Notes under the pieces: model-generated | Databases searched by the model: none | Told to the model about the DNA's origin: nothing | What the model saw: the letters and a program-made list of their open reading frames with translations, nothing else | Position numbers and translations under genes: made by a program | Source: Mytilus californianus | Taxonomy: Eukaryota | Direction: 5' to 3' | NCBI RefSeq assembly: GCF_021869535.1 | Contig: NW_026262701.1 | Location: 71,796,001 to 71,860,000 of the forward strand | Length of the DNA: 64,000 nucleotides | Shown here: piece after piece, positions 24,996 to 38,739 of the stretch | How the letters are laid out: each line of letters starts with the position of its first letter | Numbering within the stretch: position 1 is the first letter of the stretch

Positions 24996-27730
24996 TAATG
25001 CGTCATTACACATTAATATGCATTCTTAGCCCCACCCCTGAACTTATTTGTCACATTGGAGTCTTTATTAAACTATCTTAAGAACTGAGAGCGACATATG
25101 TCTATGTCAGACAGGTTCGTGATACTTATGTAACTGTATCTTGTATGCATGTATTTTATTTGTTATGTTTGACCCTAATAGGTGTAATTTGCAGTAAAGA
25201 TTATTATTATCATGTCACATAAGCCAATTCCATGTCGTATATTACTTACTGTTATAATATTTGTAACGAATAAGCTTAGTGCATAAAGAATATCCCTTTC
25301 ACAAATGTACTGCTATTAAAATATAGATTTAATATATGTAACGGTCTTATAGAAATTTGATCTTCATATTATATATCTTTGAATTATCAGTAAAAAAAAG
25401 TTAAAGCATTTCAAAATATAAATATCTATTTCTACTAGCATTGTTATTTTGAGGAACATTTTCTTGGCTTATAAATCAACTAACCAGATGGAGACGTGTA
25501 CAGAAAAGTGATGAATTAAAGAAGAAAATTGAATTTACAAGGCAAATGAAACATCTAGATCCGTAGGGATAAATCAACTTATTAGGCTTGCGATGCCAAA
25601 GATCAGCATTAGACGACTTTCTAATTTGTCAACAACCTGACCTGTCAATTTTGATGTGGTATAGCTGATAAAAGACCACCACATATTAATTATTTTATTC
25701 TCCATTCACTAACAATATGATGTTTACGTAGAGAATTGTGCTTGATGTTTGTGTATGATTTAAATAAAAGGAAATGGAATTATGTTATTTTATTAGCATA
25801 CGATAGAACAGGGAGTCTATCAAAGGGCTCTGACTCTGTCTCTCTCTTACCAAAATGTTTGCTTTCATGTTAGGCCCTTTTTGAAGTTTTTCATCAAGGT
25901 TATCTAGACAAGCACTTGGTGGTGTCGTGTCCTAACACTATAATGTTTGTCCTTGCAAGTAGGATTTCAACGTAATAGATTATTAAAATGAACGTGTTTC
26001 AAGAAATTCGAATTGAAAGATGCCATATACCTTATGCCAGACAAGCAATTTATTATGTCATAACGGTTCTCTTTGCAACTGGGCCCTCAACAGAATAGAC
26101 CATTTTAAAATAAGTTGCTAAGTAAACGTGTTTCAAGAAATCTTAATCGAAAGATGTCTATGTATTCGTTCATCTGATATAATTATTCGTATGTGCGAAA
26201 ACCTGTTTTTTTTTTAGAAACTGGAAAAAGCTCCGTCTCATAATATATAAATAAATGTATAAACATTTCAGGTAGAGTATATATAGCGAATTTTTATTAA
26301 ATAATTATTAAAAAGTAAATTCTTTTTTTTTCAATCCAAAATTTAAGTAAAAAAAGACGCATTTCAAAAAATACATTTATTTTTCACGCTCAAATATACT
26401 TTCATACAGCAACACTTTATTTTTAACTATACTCATTCGTCTTTTAAAAAAAATTTGGCAAAACTTTTCCTTAAATAAAAGCTCATTTATTCATATTATT
26501 TTGATATTTCTTTTGTTATAAGGAAATCAAAATCAAGCAATGTAGGTTTGAAAAACAGTCTGTAAAGAAACTGCATTTAATTGGCTATATTCGAATCGTT
26601 TCTCTGACCATTCATCTACATAGAACTACAAAAAAAAAGGAAACCAGGATAGCTGCATAATAAAAAAGAAGCCTCATTAGACCCCCCCCCCCCCCAAAAA
26701 AAAAAAAAAAAATCCCTTTAGATCAATTTTTTACATGGACGATAGAGCCATAGTTTTTGTAACATTTGTCAACCGAAAAATGCCAGAGCTTTAACTATAC
26801 TTGATACCATTTGGGTTAAACCATTCACCAGAAGTTTTAAGAAACGGGCGCGTTATATTTTCGCAATATTTTATAATATTTGTGCGTTTTGATTTTACAA
26901 AGCACAGGTGGTAAATATTTAGATACTTCTAATTCTAAATGTCGAAAGTTTCTAATTTTGAATATTAAATAAATTGTGTTCAATGTTTTTCATTATAATC
27001 ATCATCATTTGATCAATTATATTATTAAGTGATAAGTAACCACTCAATAAGGCATGATACATGTAAGTTAATATTCAGGACACCCCTGTTTTTTTTTTTT
27101 ATTTTTCTATACACAATCTTGAAATTTTAAACAACCACATATATCAAATTCATGGAGGGCTTGAAACACCATGTGCAGTAGTTATACGAAGTGAGAAGAA
27201 GAAAACTGAGCACTTTATGGAACAGATCAATCCCAGTTTTGCTCAGTCTTTGGTATTCTATATGTTGTTAATAATTTTTGCATATATTACTAAGACGTTG
27301 CTCTTAAAGTACTTCTTACGCTGTTAGTCTACTGCGGGAAAACGTAAAATGACTTTAAGGTGTTTTCTTTTCTTAAGGTGAACTTCTTTTTACACGTGAA
27401 CCGACAATAAACAACAACCTCATTAAATACAGTAAGGAATTCCATCTTAAGATTAATATCCAGCACGATTTCCAGATTGGGGCGTCAATCAAAATCTGGT
27501 TAATAAAATACATTGTTTTTCTCTTTAGTTTTTGCAAAGCCTCTCTGTGTTGATGTGACTTAAAACAGTCGGTTTATTTTTATTCATTATAAACATAAGT
27601 TATATTTATTCAGTTTTGTATAGCTTGTTTTTATATTCAGCTACACTATCATTAAAATTATCTACTTTGTTTGTTTGTTTCATTTGTTTTGCCCATTATG
27701 TCCGAGTTTGTTTTCTTTTCATGTTTTGTA

Positions 27731-27790
27731 TTCTTTGCCCCTCGGGTAATATCACTCCGATTCTTTGCCCCTCAGGTAATATCACTCCGA
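27731..27790 (+). repeat. 30-bp tandem duplication
   Basis: TTCTTTGCCCCTC(G/A)GGTAATATCACTCCGA twice, one mismatch. Confidence 0.9.
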
Positions 27791-28090
27791 TGAAAGACTC
27801 TCGTGCGCTTGCTTTTGACTAATCTTACGCTTTAACCATACAAGTACATTTTGGTTTCTGTAAATATTATATATTATGTACTTATAAAAAAAAGAAGATG
27901 TGGTATGATTGCCAATGAGACAACTCTCCACAAGAGAGTGGAGTTTTATGTACTTGTATATTATGTTATTTGGACTCGTATGCATTTACTAACTTAAGTT
28001 TTTCTTCTCATATTATCAGTAAAATTTAAAAGAGATAGGGCCAATTGTCCCTGAAATTATTTCACATCAGGGCCATCTTCAAAAAGTCTT

Positions 28091-28437
28091 TTAAAAGAGA
28101 GGCCAAAGATACCAAAGGGACATTCAAACTCATAAGTCGAAAATAAACTGACAACGCCATGGCTAAAAAAGAAAAAGACCAACAGACAAACAATAGTACA
28201 CAAAACACAACATAGAAAACTAAAGAATGAGCAACACGAACCCCACCAAAAACTGGGGGTTATCTCAGGTGCTCCGGAAGGGTATGCAGATCCTGCTCCA
28301 CATGTGGCACCCATCGTGTTTCTCATGTTAATAGAAACCCGGTAATAAGTCTAATTCGGTAGGTCACATTCAGGGAAAAGGGGACGAAATTGTAGTTACG
28401 ACATTTGGAACATATCCGCTATCATCTGTGAAACGGA
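28091..28437. repeat. Dispersed repeat family D
   Basis: Reverse complement of 58150-58376; a degenerate end fragment lies at about 6195-6300. Confidence 0.8.
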
Positions 28438-29069
28438 TATTAAATTTTACTTAGATTCACATTATCACAACCCTATGATTGCTCTTCAAGATTTAAATAA
28501 TATTTTGGCTTATTTCTACAATGCCCATCTAATTATAAACGCATGAAGATAGCACAAAACCGCAATGTTGACTAATTTTGTCGAAATGTTAGTATTTGTC
28601 CCAAAAATATATAAGGACATCGTTAACAAAAACCAAAGGTATGTTGGAAGTATTGTCTTTTGTATACAAATTAATTAAAGGTAAGCGACGTCCTTCGATA
28701 TGCAAAGTTTGACAAAAACTTTAAATTTTGCAGTTTTGTATTAGAATTCCTTCAGCAGTTTGAAACACGCAAAGTTTAATGAAAACTAATAATTGGGAAC
28801 TATAAGACAAAAAAGGGCACTTTAAAGAATTGCCCACTTCTTTTAAAGTAATTGTATCCAAGAGCCATAAAACTAATAAAACAATTGCTGCTTTTTTTAA
28901 TTGGAAAGGGAAAAAGAAAATGTATCGTTTTGAGAGATATTGATATTAATAAGTTCGCATCTTAAATATGGTTAAATGTTCGACTTGGATGCATTTCAAT
29001 TCGTATTTTACTTTACTTCTAATGTGTTTGCTTCTTTTCAGGAATAACTTGTCATACAATTAAGAGGTT

Positions 29070-29252
29070 TAGCTAGCTATAAAACCAGGTTTAATCCATC
29101 ATTCTACATAGGAAAATGCCTGTACCGAGTCAGGAATATGACAGTTGTTTTCCATTCGTTTGATGTGTTTGAGCTTTTGATTTTGCCATTTGATAAGGGA
29201 CTTTCCGTTTTGAATTTCCTTTGAGTTCTGTATTTTTGTTATTTTACTTTTT
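29070..29252. repeat. Family B copy (inverted)
   Basis: Nearly identical to 9232-9360 over the shared length. Confidence 0.85.
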
Positions 29253-32200
29253 TCAAGTCTTATATATAGTAACCACTTACCGGTAAGAAGTCAAAGTTGA
29301 ATTTGCCTAAATGACATAAAGAATTAGTTCCTTTAAGTTAGCACTTTATAGTCGCCTGTTGACTTGCTTTGCTTTAAATGTCAAAGTTAAGGTTTCCTAG
29401 CAAAGTTGCACTGTTTGGTCCTCATAAAACTTTTAAGCATCACAGATTCTTTAAACTATCCTCTTTAAGTAAAGTTCGAATTATTTTTCCGACTTTTTAA
29501 TTATTTGCAGAATATATGATAGTAATTGTAATAATAGAGCTGCTGAAACAAAATTTCTTAATTATAGAGGAAAGGTTTTCTATATTTGTCTTGTTACTGA
29601 TTGGTTGGCCATCTGTCAACTCTGTTATTTCTGTGACAATGTCTTCATCGATCTTAAGAAATCTTCCAATCCTAATTCTTCTTCCGAAAAAAAAAAAGAC
29701 TCAAAAGGATATCACAGAGTAATTTATATACGAATACGTAAATACTTATGTCTTTAACACAATATTTAATTAAAGAAATATAGTGAAATTTTCTATATGG
29801 AAAGTGATGGTAAAAAATTGAAGAAGACAAAAAAACAAAAGAAAACCTGAAAATAAAATAAAATATAGATAATAAAGGGGATATGGATAACCATCGTTTG
29901 TGTATTCTCCAAACCTAATGCGACAAATAAATCTATATCATTTCACTCTTGAACGTTGAACATTTTTAATGATAAAAGGTCAGAATGTTGAAATTTTTGA
30001 TGATGGCTTATTATTCCCTTACATAAGCACAGCAAAATTAATAATTATCTTGGTGTAAATATTTAAATAATTATATGATCTCTGGTGGAGAGTTGTCTCA
30101 TTGGCAATCATACCACATCTTCTTCTCTTTTTTAAGTATAAGTAATTTTCATTAGCTACTGCTAATTTGTATTCCAAGTCCTTTAAGTAAGATATAACGT
30201 AAAATATGAAGAAAAAAAAATATCATAATAATCATATTTGTAAATAAAAATATTTTTTTTATAAATAAGGCACGCGGGAACGAAATTCATTTTACATATT
30301 ACTAAGGATATAATTGAAAAGAAAGTATGACTTATTATTGTAATAAAAAGTTTAATGAGCAAATCAACTTTGTAACTTTTCAAAGAAAACACAGACGTTC
30401 CTGCTTCACATTTATCAAGATTTTATTTCCAACAACCCAGGCACACAAGTGTGCAACATAAGCAAACACAAAACATAATATTATACAATTTACAAAAAAT
30501 AAATATATTAACAAATATTTCGTGTGCTACAAGACTTCTGTAAAGCATATTTCATTTATTTCTTTTTGAATTTTATTAATTTATTAATTCTATGATACTG
30601 TAATTATTTTTATAGTTTTCTGTAAAGAATATTTCATGTATTTCTTTTTTAATTTTATTATTTTATTAATTCTATGCCATACTGTAAGAATTTTTTTATA
30701 TTTTCAAAGAAACTTGTCAGCCTTTTTCATTGACCATATTGATATAGTTTTTCCCATCCATGAGATAGGTTACTACCTACCTTGTTACCTTAATAGTCCT
30801 TATCATGGCCGAATAAGATAGGTTTCTAGTCATGCGCATATAATTTGCAAAATAGTAGGTTAAATAGTCAATATAATGTTTTATGTCTATTTTCTTCGAA
30901 CTAACAAAGTTGTGGCCATAAAACTGTACAAATGAACGGATAAATTATTAAAACCCACACAAACCTACGGAATTCTGATCAATCTATGAATTTGAGCCAA
31001 GTACGAGAGTATGAGAGTATAAAAAATGTAAAGGTTAAAACTGAACAGAATAGCCAGAAGAGTCCGGGGTCAGTTTTGCCTGATGGAGTTCTCACCTTTG
31101 TTATACAAGTGCACAGTTTAGCGGAAACTGCAAATTTACGTTATGTACAGTATCAACATGGCCATACTTTACGAGTATGACAGTAGCTGCTTCGATGGAG
31201 TTAAAGACAAAAAATGAACAGAGTAAAACTAATAATCCAAAACTAGAAATTCAAAACAAATCTTACTCGGACAATTTACAGTTAAATTACTTAAAATCTA
31301 ATGAATATGAATTCAATCAAATTTTAAAGTCTGAACATCTGCAGTTATACGTATAAGTAACAGCCAACCTGCGATGGGTGTAATTTATGTTTGATAAATA
31401 CAAAAATTGTAAAAACACTTTCATTAAACGAAAAGATTCCTCGTCAGGTAACCATCCTCTTTTTGTCGGTGTAGTTTTGACTTAAAATCAAACGTCGATT
31501 TTTCTCTTGTCACGATTAATGTGACAAAATCATGTAGAAGTTGCAATTTTGTATCAAAATGCCCTCAACACCGAGCAGCATGTAGCGATGAATAATTTTT
31601 TAATGTTTTGGAAGTATATAAAATTGTTAAACATATTTTAAGTACTAGTATATAATACTCAATATTTCCAGTAGGATTCGACATCTCTCAGATCTGTATT
31701 CATGGAGTAAAACAAATGCAGCTTAAATATATGATTCTCTTCGGTAATTAGTACTGCTTTTGGCAAGATAGAGTTTATTATTTTCATTCAAACTGTAATA
31801 TTTTATTTAATTTTTGAGCAATTCCTTATACACGTTGCTTAATATATTCTTATTTATTCATTTAATATTTCATTTCAATGTAAAAACTTTTTGTTGCTGT
31901 TGTTGTTGTTGTTGTTACAAATCAATTGTATTGTTTTGTGAGTATAAATATGATGTTGCTCATCAAGGGTCCTAATTGGAACAATAAATATTCTAATTTT
32001 TTTGTCAGGAAGGAATTCACAAACAAAAGCAAGTTGGTATATATCGAAATCATATGTATATGTACTACTGTCTTTCAATAACAATTAATATATTTGGGCT
32101 CCAAATGTTACTTCGTGAAAACCTTTTTCAAAATAATATCGAACTGGAACTAAAATATTAAATAATTTTTTTCCTAGGCAATAGAATGGTCTAATCTTTT

Positions 32201-33170
32201 TTTTCATATGAATAAAATAATGGAAAATTACGTATTTTAGACTCTTTTTAACATTTTAGTTCCACTGGGTTCAATTATCTTATCCATGTTGACGCTGTGA
32301 GTGAAAGAATAACAATAAAAAGTGGTCACAATTTTTATTGCTATAATACTAATGTAACGGGCAAAAATTCACATTGGAGATGTCAATATGTCTTTTGGTA
32401 GAGGCTTATATAAATCCACGGTCAGATTACACTCTACTCTTTAGACAATAACTTTTAACTTGTCACACTATTAAACGGAATTTCTTGTATCAAATCTATA
32501 ATCCTAACATAGCGGCTAATTCTGAAATGGATCAATGTCTTTCTGTCGCGTGACCTACCGGAGTAATGACCTTAGCACGTGTCGAGTTTATCGGCCATTT
32601 ATTAACTCTAACAAAATGTTCAAATTATTAATCATGACTATTTTCACACAATAACAAAACCATACGGTGACTTCGTCTTGTAATTGTCTGTCGGCTGTAT
32701 TCAATTTCCATATTTGTAAACCGGAAAGCATAACAAGTTCGTTTTCAATAAAGGGGGCGTGGCATCTTTTGATAACGAATGGTAACGTCTTTCGCCATAA
32801 TTAGCATTAAATTACAAATTAATAAGAAGCACAATCTGCCAAGTTTCAGCTATTAGAATATTGATTTACAATTAATTTATTTCACCGAAGAAACCGATTT
32901 CATTTCTAAAATATTTTAACTGTATAAAATTCCTAAAGATTTGCATAGTGTAGTATATTTGTCATTGCTGAACATTATTTCGGACTCAAATCCTCGAGTT
33001 TCTGGTATGTATGCTGCAGAAATATGTTCTATTTTGAATGATTATAAAAGTTTTGCATAAGAATAAAACAAATATGCAACCCTCCTTTGTATCTGTCAAT
33101 TTTTCTTAAACCGTTCTACTCACTGATGCTAAGGTTATCATATGTATCCTTTTAAGTCCAGGACTTTTGA

Positions 33171-33428
33171 TGAGGGTCTGGGTGGGTCTTTTATTTCTTT
33201 ATTCTTTCACTTTTTGAACCAGTTTTTGCTTTTCTTTAATTATTTTGATCCTTATTCTCTAGTCTTTATTCATCTTGACCCTTATTCTTCATTCTTTATA
33301 TTTTAGCACCCCATTATTCTCTATTCTTCTTTTTTTGCCAATTTTTCTACATTCTTTATAATTATCCCCCTTTGTTCTGCATTTTTTGGTCATAATTCTC
33401 TATTCTGTAAACCCCATCCAGACCCTCA
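33171..33428. mobile_element. 258-bp MITE with a 4-bp TTGA target-site duplication
   Basis: TTGA|TGAGGGTCTGGGTGGG ... CCCCATCCAGACCCTCA|TTGA; pyrimidine-rich interior of TTATTCTC-like repeats. Confidence 0.75.
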
Positions 33429-33574
33429 TTGATGCAAATAAAAAATATTCTTAACTGACGTCAATAGTTTGCTATTTTAAAGTAACAATGAATTTGATGT
33501 TAAAATGACGTCAAACTTTAAGGCATGGATTTTATTGATCATTTTATGTTGATCATTGTCATTTCGCTAAGTAT

Positions 33575-34352
33575 CATCTGTTACCTATTCTAACATCGGA
33601 CTCGGACTTCTTTAAACTGAGTTTCACTGTGCGTATTGCTGTGTGTTTGTTTATTCTACATTGGCTAGAGGTATAGGGGAGGGTTGAGATCTCACAAAAC
33701 ATGTTTAACCCCGCCAAATTTTTGCGCCTGTCCCAAGTCAGGAACCTCTGGCCTTCGTTAGTATTGTGTGTTTTTTTTATTTTGGTTCATATATATATGT
33801 TTTGAAGTTTAGTGTGGCGTCAATTTCGCTGAACTATAAAAATAAGAAGATGTGGTATAATTGCCAATGATACAACTCTCCACCAGAGACCAAATTACAT
33901 AGAAGTTAACAACTGTAGGTCAACGTACGGCCTTCAAAAATGAGCAAAACCTGAGCTTGGAACAGGCACATACAGAATGTGGCGGGGTTAAACATGTCAG
34001 TGGGCGCCCAACCCTCCCCTTAACTGGGACAGTGGTGTAACAGTACAACATAAGAACAAACTATAAAAATCAGTTGAAAAGGACTTAAATCATCAGATCG
34101 ATACAAAGCAGAAATACATCTTACAAAAACACAGACCGGACGTGGCAGGGTACTTATACATCCCACAACAAAAAGGACACTTAAGTACAGATCTGCGAGT
34201 ATACATTATTGTTTAGGGACCAGCTGAAGCCCGCCTCCGGGTGCGGGATTTTACCGCTGCGTTGAAGACCCATTGGTGGCCTTGTGGTGTTTTCTTCTCT
34301 CTGGTCAGGTTGTTATCTCTTTGACACATTCCCCGTTTCCATTCTCTATTCT
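33575..34352. repeat. Three abutting dispersed-repeat modules (core module, family A copy, family C inverted)
   Basis: 33575-33835 and 33841-34200 share an inverted CCTGA(C/G)TTGG(G/A)ACAGG..GGCGGGGTTAAAC core; 34205-34352 is the reverse complement of 24751-24900. Confidence 0.75.
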
Positions 34353-34499
34353 ATTATAAGTTTATTTGGATTATGTTTTTATACCTGTTCGTTCTTTCTG
34401 GTTGCCTAGAATTTATGAAAAGTCGAATGGCTGTTAAACGTTCAGTGGCAAATTAAATGCATTTTTCAGGACGATATGTAGCATGTTAATGCAAAATGA

Positions 34500-34745
34500 A
34501 TATGAACCATGCTTTGTATACTAGACTGACACGGTGATCTGGATTACTAACAGACTAGAGCATAGGGTAACAGTCATCAGGAAGTCACATGACACAATAT
34601 TCTGACTCCGAGCCGACAAGTTGTTGGTTCTTGCTCCTAAATGTCACATGCTTAGTAGAGAAGCAGCAAATACCAAACTGTAAGGCTTTGGTTTGACCCG
34701 ACTGACCGGAGATGGCAACAACGCCCAATCACGCTTCCACGGCCG
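34500..34745 (-). mobile_element. Degenerate tRNA-derived SINE body
   Basis: The + strand reads GCTTAGTAGAGAAGCAGCAAATACCAA...CTTTGGTTTGACCCGAC, the reverse complement of a common mollusc SINE segment (recall). The tRNA head is decayed. Confidence 0.5.
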
Positions 34746-34889
34746 AGACAGTTTTAAAAAATTGACAACGCAATAATATAATAATAATAAAATCGAATAA
34801 GGTATATCATCAGATGAAAGAAAGATGCAGTTGCAAACAAGACATCAAATAACTCAATCATACACGGAAAAAGAAAGAAAGAAAAACCC

Positions 34890-35429
34890 TAAGACAACAA
34901 AAGAAACGACACAAGGCAATGTATTTTCCATATATAATGAAATTAGATACACTGTACCAAGGGAAATAATTGTCCAATTGGTCTAATATTTACAGAGTGT
35001 TATTTTCTTATCAAAACAATTGATTTAAGGAAAATACGCGATTTCTTTTTTTTGTGCAATTTTTGTTATTTCAAAAATCGTATTTTCACCCAAAAATTCA
35101 AAAATCGATATTAGAACTTAAAACTTTAAACCTAAACATGGTCTGCTTAAAATTTTGAATTTCTTTTCAGATATTTGAATACTTAATTCACATCTTCGAA
35201 ATTAAGTGCCGACTATTGTCATCATTTTCCGCAAAATAAATTTGATCCCCGTGTTCAATAACACGGTATTTTCTCACTTTCCTATTTGGTCAGATTCTTT
35301 TAATCATATCATGTGCATTTGCTTTGTAAATGAATGTTTTTCATTGGATAATTTAACAGTTTTTCCTATTTATTATATTCTATGATAAATTGGAGTTCAA
35401 ACTTGTGTGTAAATTACTTTTGTTGACTA
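34890..35429 (-). mobile_element. Same MITE family, inverted copy with an extra ~55-bp internal segment
   Basis: Reverse complement of 22180-22650, with extra sequence at about 34985-35042. Confidence 0.8.
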
Positions 35430-38400
35430 CTAGTCACTAGTATAAATTATACCGTATAAAAGAATGCTTGCATTTATTAAAGCAAGCTCAAAGTCTCTAT
35501 AACGGACACAAGCACTAAAGGGTGTACTAGCTGTGATGTGTATACAACATACACATACGACGCAGTTACAATCAGGCTTTACCAGTAATGAAAAATTTAT
35601 TGTTTGAAAGCTAAAATAATCACTTCTGAAGATTTTTTGCTTCAACATCCTTGTATGTCTATCAACAGGTGTACGTCAAGATATGAAGCAGACCATCAAT
35701 AATAATAAATAAAATAACTTTCACGTTTTGGATTCTATTAAAAATAATATTGAAAAATACATAAAAGTCTCAGACATGTCTGTCGTTGCAATATAGAACA
35801 AATGTAATGAGAAAATTTATATACTTCATTGTCGTGAGACTCAGGTGGCTGAACTAGACTGGTTAGTGTTCAGAAATACCTTCAATAACCAGAACACCTG
35901 CGAACGGCTGTCTTTTTTCAGATTTCTAATTTCGAATCAATATTGTATACAAAAACATAGGAATATTTTTCTATTTTACAGAATATGGATGTAGTTGACA
36001 GTCATGACTAAATCTCTCCGTGTATGATTTATACCGGCATTGCAAAATATTTTTCTCTAGCAATAATAAACAAAAGTTTTGTACGGTCAATGAAAAAAAA
36101 TGATTTTATAAAGAACGGTTTTAATTGTTTTTCTTAAAATTTCAAACGCAAAAAAAGTTAAAAAGATACCTAGCGGCGGCATTCTGATCGGTAGTATTTT
36201 AAGAGGTTGTCAGAGAAGAAAATTTCTTCCGAGTCTCGGATGTTCCTTTAACATCGGTGGTTTACTAATTAGCTCCCCTGAGTGTCTTATAAGGATTAGA
36301 GAACCATATGCTACCATCTTTAATGAATTAACAATATTCATTGGAGTTATAGCTCGATTTTAATTAGCAAGTTGACAAATTGGGTGTCATTTTTGTAATC
36401 GGAATATCTGAAAATTGTTACTTTAATATTTCATCTATTTGTCATACTAGTAACTATTTGACAAAATTGGCTATGTTTAAACAGTACATATGTTTAAATC
36501 ATAAGATTTTCTTTGAGTACAGACAGATTGTAAAAATTTGAAAGCCTGGCAGCACCTAGATATATAAAAGTTATGTGCATTTTATGTTACAGAAAGTAAC
36601 ATTTAATTTTGTTTCTTTGACATAGATGGTGTAAAAATAAACTAACTATATATAAGTTGTAAATTCTTTGAGCTATACCCGTCATGTAACAATTGAATTG
36701 TATTAATTGATATGGACAATATATCTCCGCACAGCAAAAGGTGAATTAAATTGTGAAACTGGGTGGGCAGTATCAAATAAAACTCAGGTGTTTGTTTATC
36801 TTATAATCTTCTTCAGGAAGCAAAGAAACAAAATTTAATGTTCATTTAAATGCAGGAAAGTTTAAAGCTTTCTGAAACACAAAATGCATGTAAGTTTTAT
36901 ATATTCAAGTACTGTCTGACGTTAAATCTTTTCCAGTTGCACACGTTTGCCTGTACTCAGAGTTAATTGCGTGGTGTAAACACAGCCATATTTGTCAAAT
37001 GGTTAAATCGAAGCTGAAGTTTTAAAAAATCGTAATTGAGTCACGACAAAACAAGACAAACAATTGTCGACCGTTTGATTGCTGAAAATTGCACGGAAGG
37101 CATCCTTTCGAGATCGATAGTGGTTTTATGGAAAAGTGATATAAGAGCATTTATGAACTTCTTCCGGATAATCTTCAGGTTTTTAGTTATATAACCTTTT
37201 CCGAGATTAAGAAAAGAACCACTAGAAACGGAGAGTTTGATTGATATATATTAAGAGCCTATTATTTGACAAGGTCTAGTGAATACAATGTTTTTCATAT
37301 ACTTCCTTTAAAAGTGCAACAGCCTTTAACATTTCATTACAATGCTACAAAAAAATGGAACTTATTGCCGTATGATTTAAAGTGCAACAAAAATTTTGAA
37401 TCTTTTTAACCTGATGTCAAAGATTTTCTGTTATAAAAGGAAAGCAAACGATTTTAATAGCATTTTTTAAAAGAAATTATTGAGTACTTAAATAGTCTAG
37501 ACAATGTCATTATCAACAACTTTTAATATAACTGGTATATATGATTTCTTGATATTATGATATTTTTAAGAATGTAACATACATTTGAAATAAGCTGAAT
37601 ATCTGTTATGGACAATCAGTCTGGGAATTAAGTATCAACACTTTGTCTAAAGACTAGGATGTTACTGAGTATGTTTTAACATGGGTGGTATTTTTTAATG
37701 TCAACTCATTGCATATATGAAATTATAATGTTGACAAGCACGCGGTATCAATGGTTAAGAGCAAAAACTAGGCGACTCGGCCTGTGTCAGAATAGTATGT
37801 CTTCCTGTGAATCTGGTTCAGCGAGTCGGTCTAGTACAAACCAGGGTTCGCTATGATAATCTTCTGGCATTACCATGATTATGCATTTAATTTGCCGCTG
37901 GACGTTTAACAGCCATCCATCATCTTCATCTTTAAAGCGGTGTGCCACAAATATATGTATGTCAACTTCAATTAATATTTAAAAAAAATATTTCATGATA
38001 ACATATAGTAAAGATAAAAGATAAAAAAGATTGGTAGATAGTCATTTGAACTCTTAGTAGCCATGATAGTTTATAAGTTGTCTCACTGACAGTCTCCTTA
38101 TTTTTGTTGTAAGAGCACAACTTCGTATCAGTTTAAAAAAAAAATGTTACTTCTCGCTATGATTCTGAAGTAGTTAGAGAGACATCGGCCACTTGCTAAC
38201 AGCCAGTCTTTTTTAGCGTTTCACAGCCATAAATGTCACCACATGGAAGAAAAAAAATGCCCTTTTTGTTTTGCATCGAATGCATGGCGGGATACATACA
38301 AAAAGGTTTTTTAATTGACAGGTGAATGCAACATATCTATGGAAACAGAATTAGGCCGAAGGCAATTCCTTTGAAGAACAAACTGATAGGACCGTGGGGG

Positions 38401-38739
38401 TCCAATCCACTGTCACACCCAACTCGAGAAATATTTAAAAAAAAAATGATGTAATGGGAAAATTGACACTTTTTTTGTTTGGCCTTCTGGATTTTTTTCT
38501 GTTATATTCAAATTTAACTAAAAGTAATGATAATTATCAGAATTACGTGAATTCTGTGACTAATACGTTAAAATAAAAATGTAGAACTATTTGTCCCAGG
38601 TCGGAGTTTTTAAATTTGCACATCTTACTTAGTCAATGTTATAATTTGTCTATATGATTTATTATATGAAATTATTTTGAAATATGGAGTGTAGTTTAAA
38701 AAAGAATATTCTGCAAAAACCAATTTTAAGATAAACAAA

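Noticed and set aside
26682-26712. Poly-C run joined to a poly-A run
   Set aside because: Simple homopolymers that are error-prone in assembly; one G-run alone is weak evidence for a functional G-quadruplex.
28057-28326. Repeat-derived ORFs (also 9236..9556, 17468..17764, 24709..24987, 53303..53572, 58162..58380)
   Set aside because: They fall inside non-autonomous repeats with no transposase, RT or helicase motifs.
30986-31180. 64-aa + strand ORF in the intergenic region
   Set aside because: No recognisable motif or convincing splice sites.
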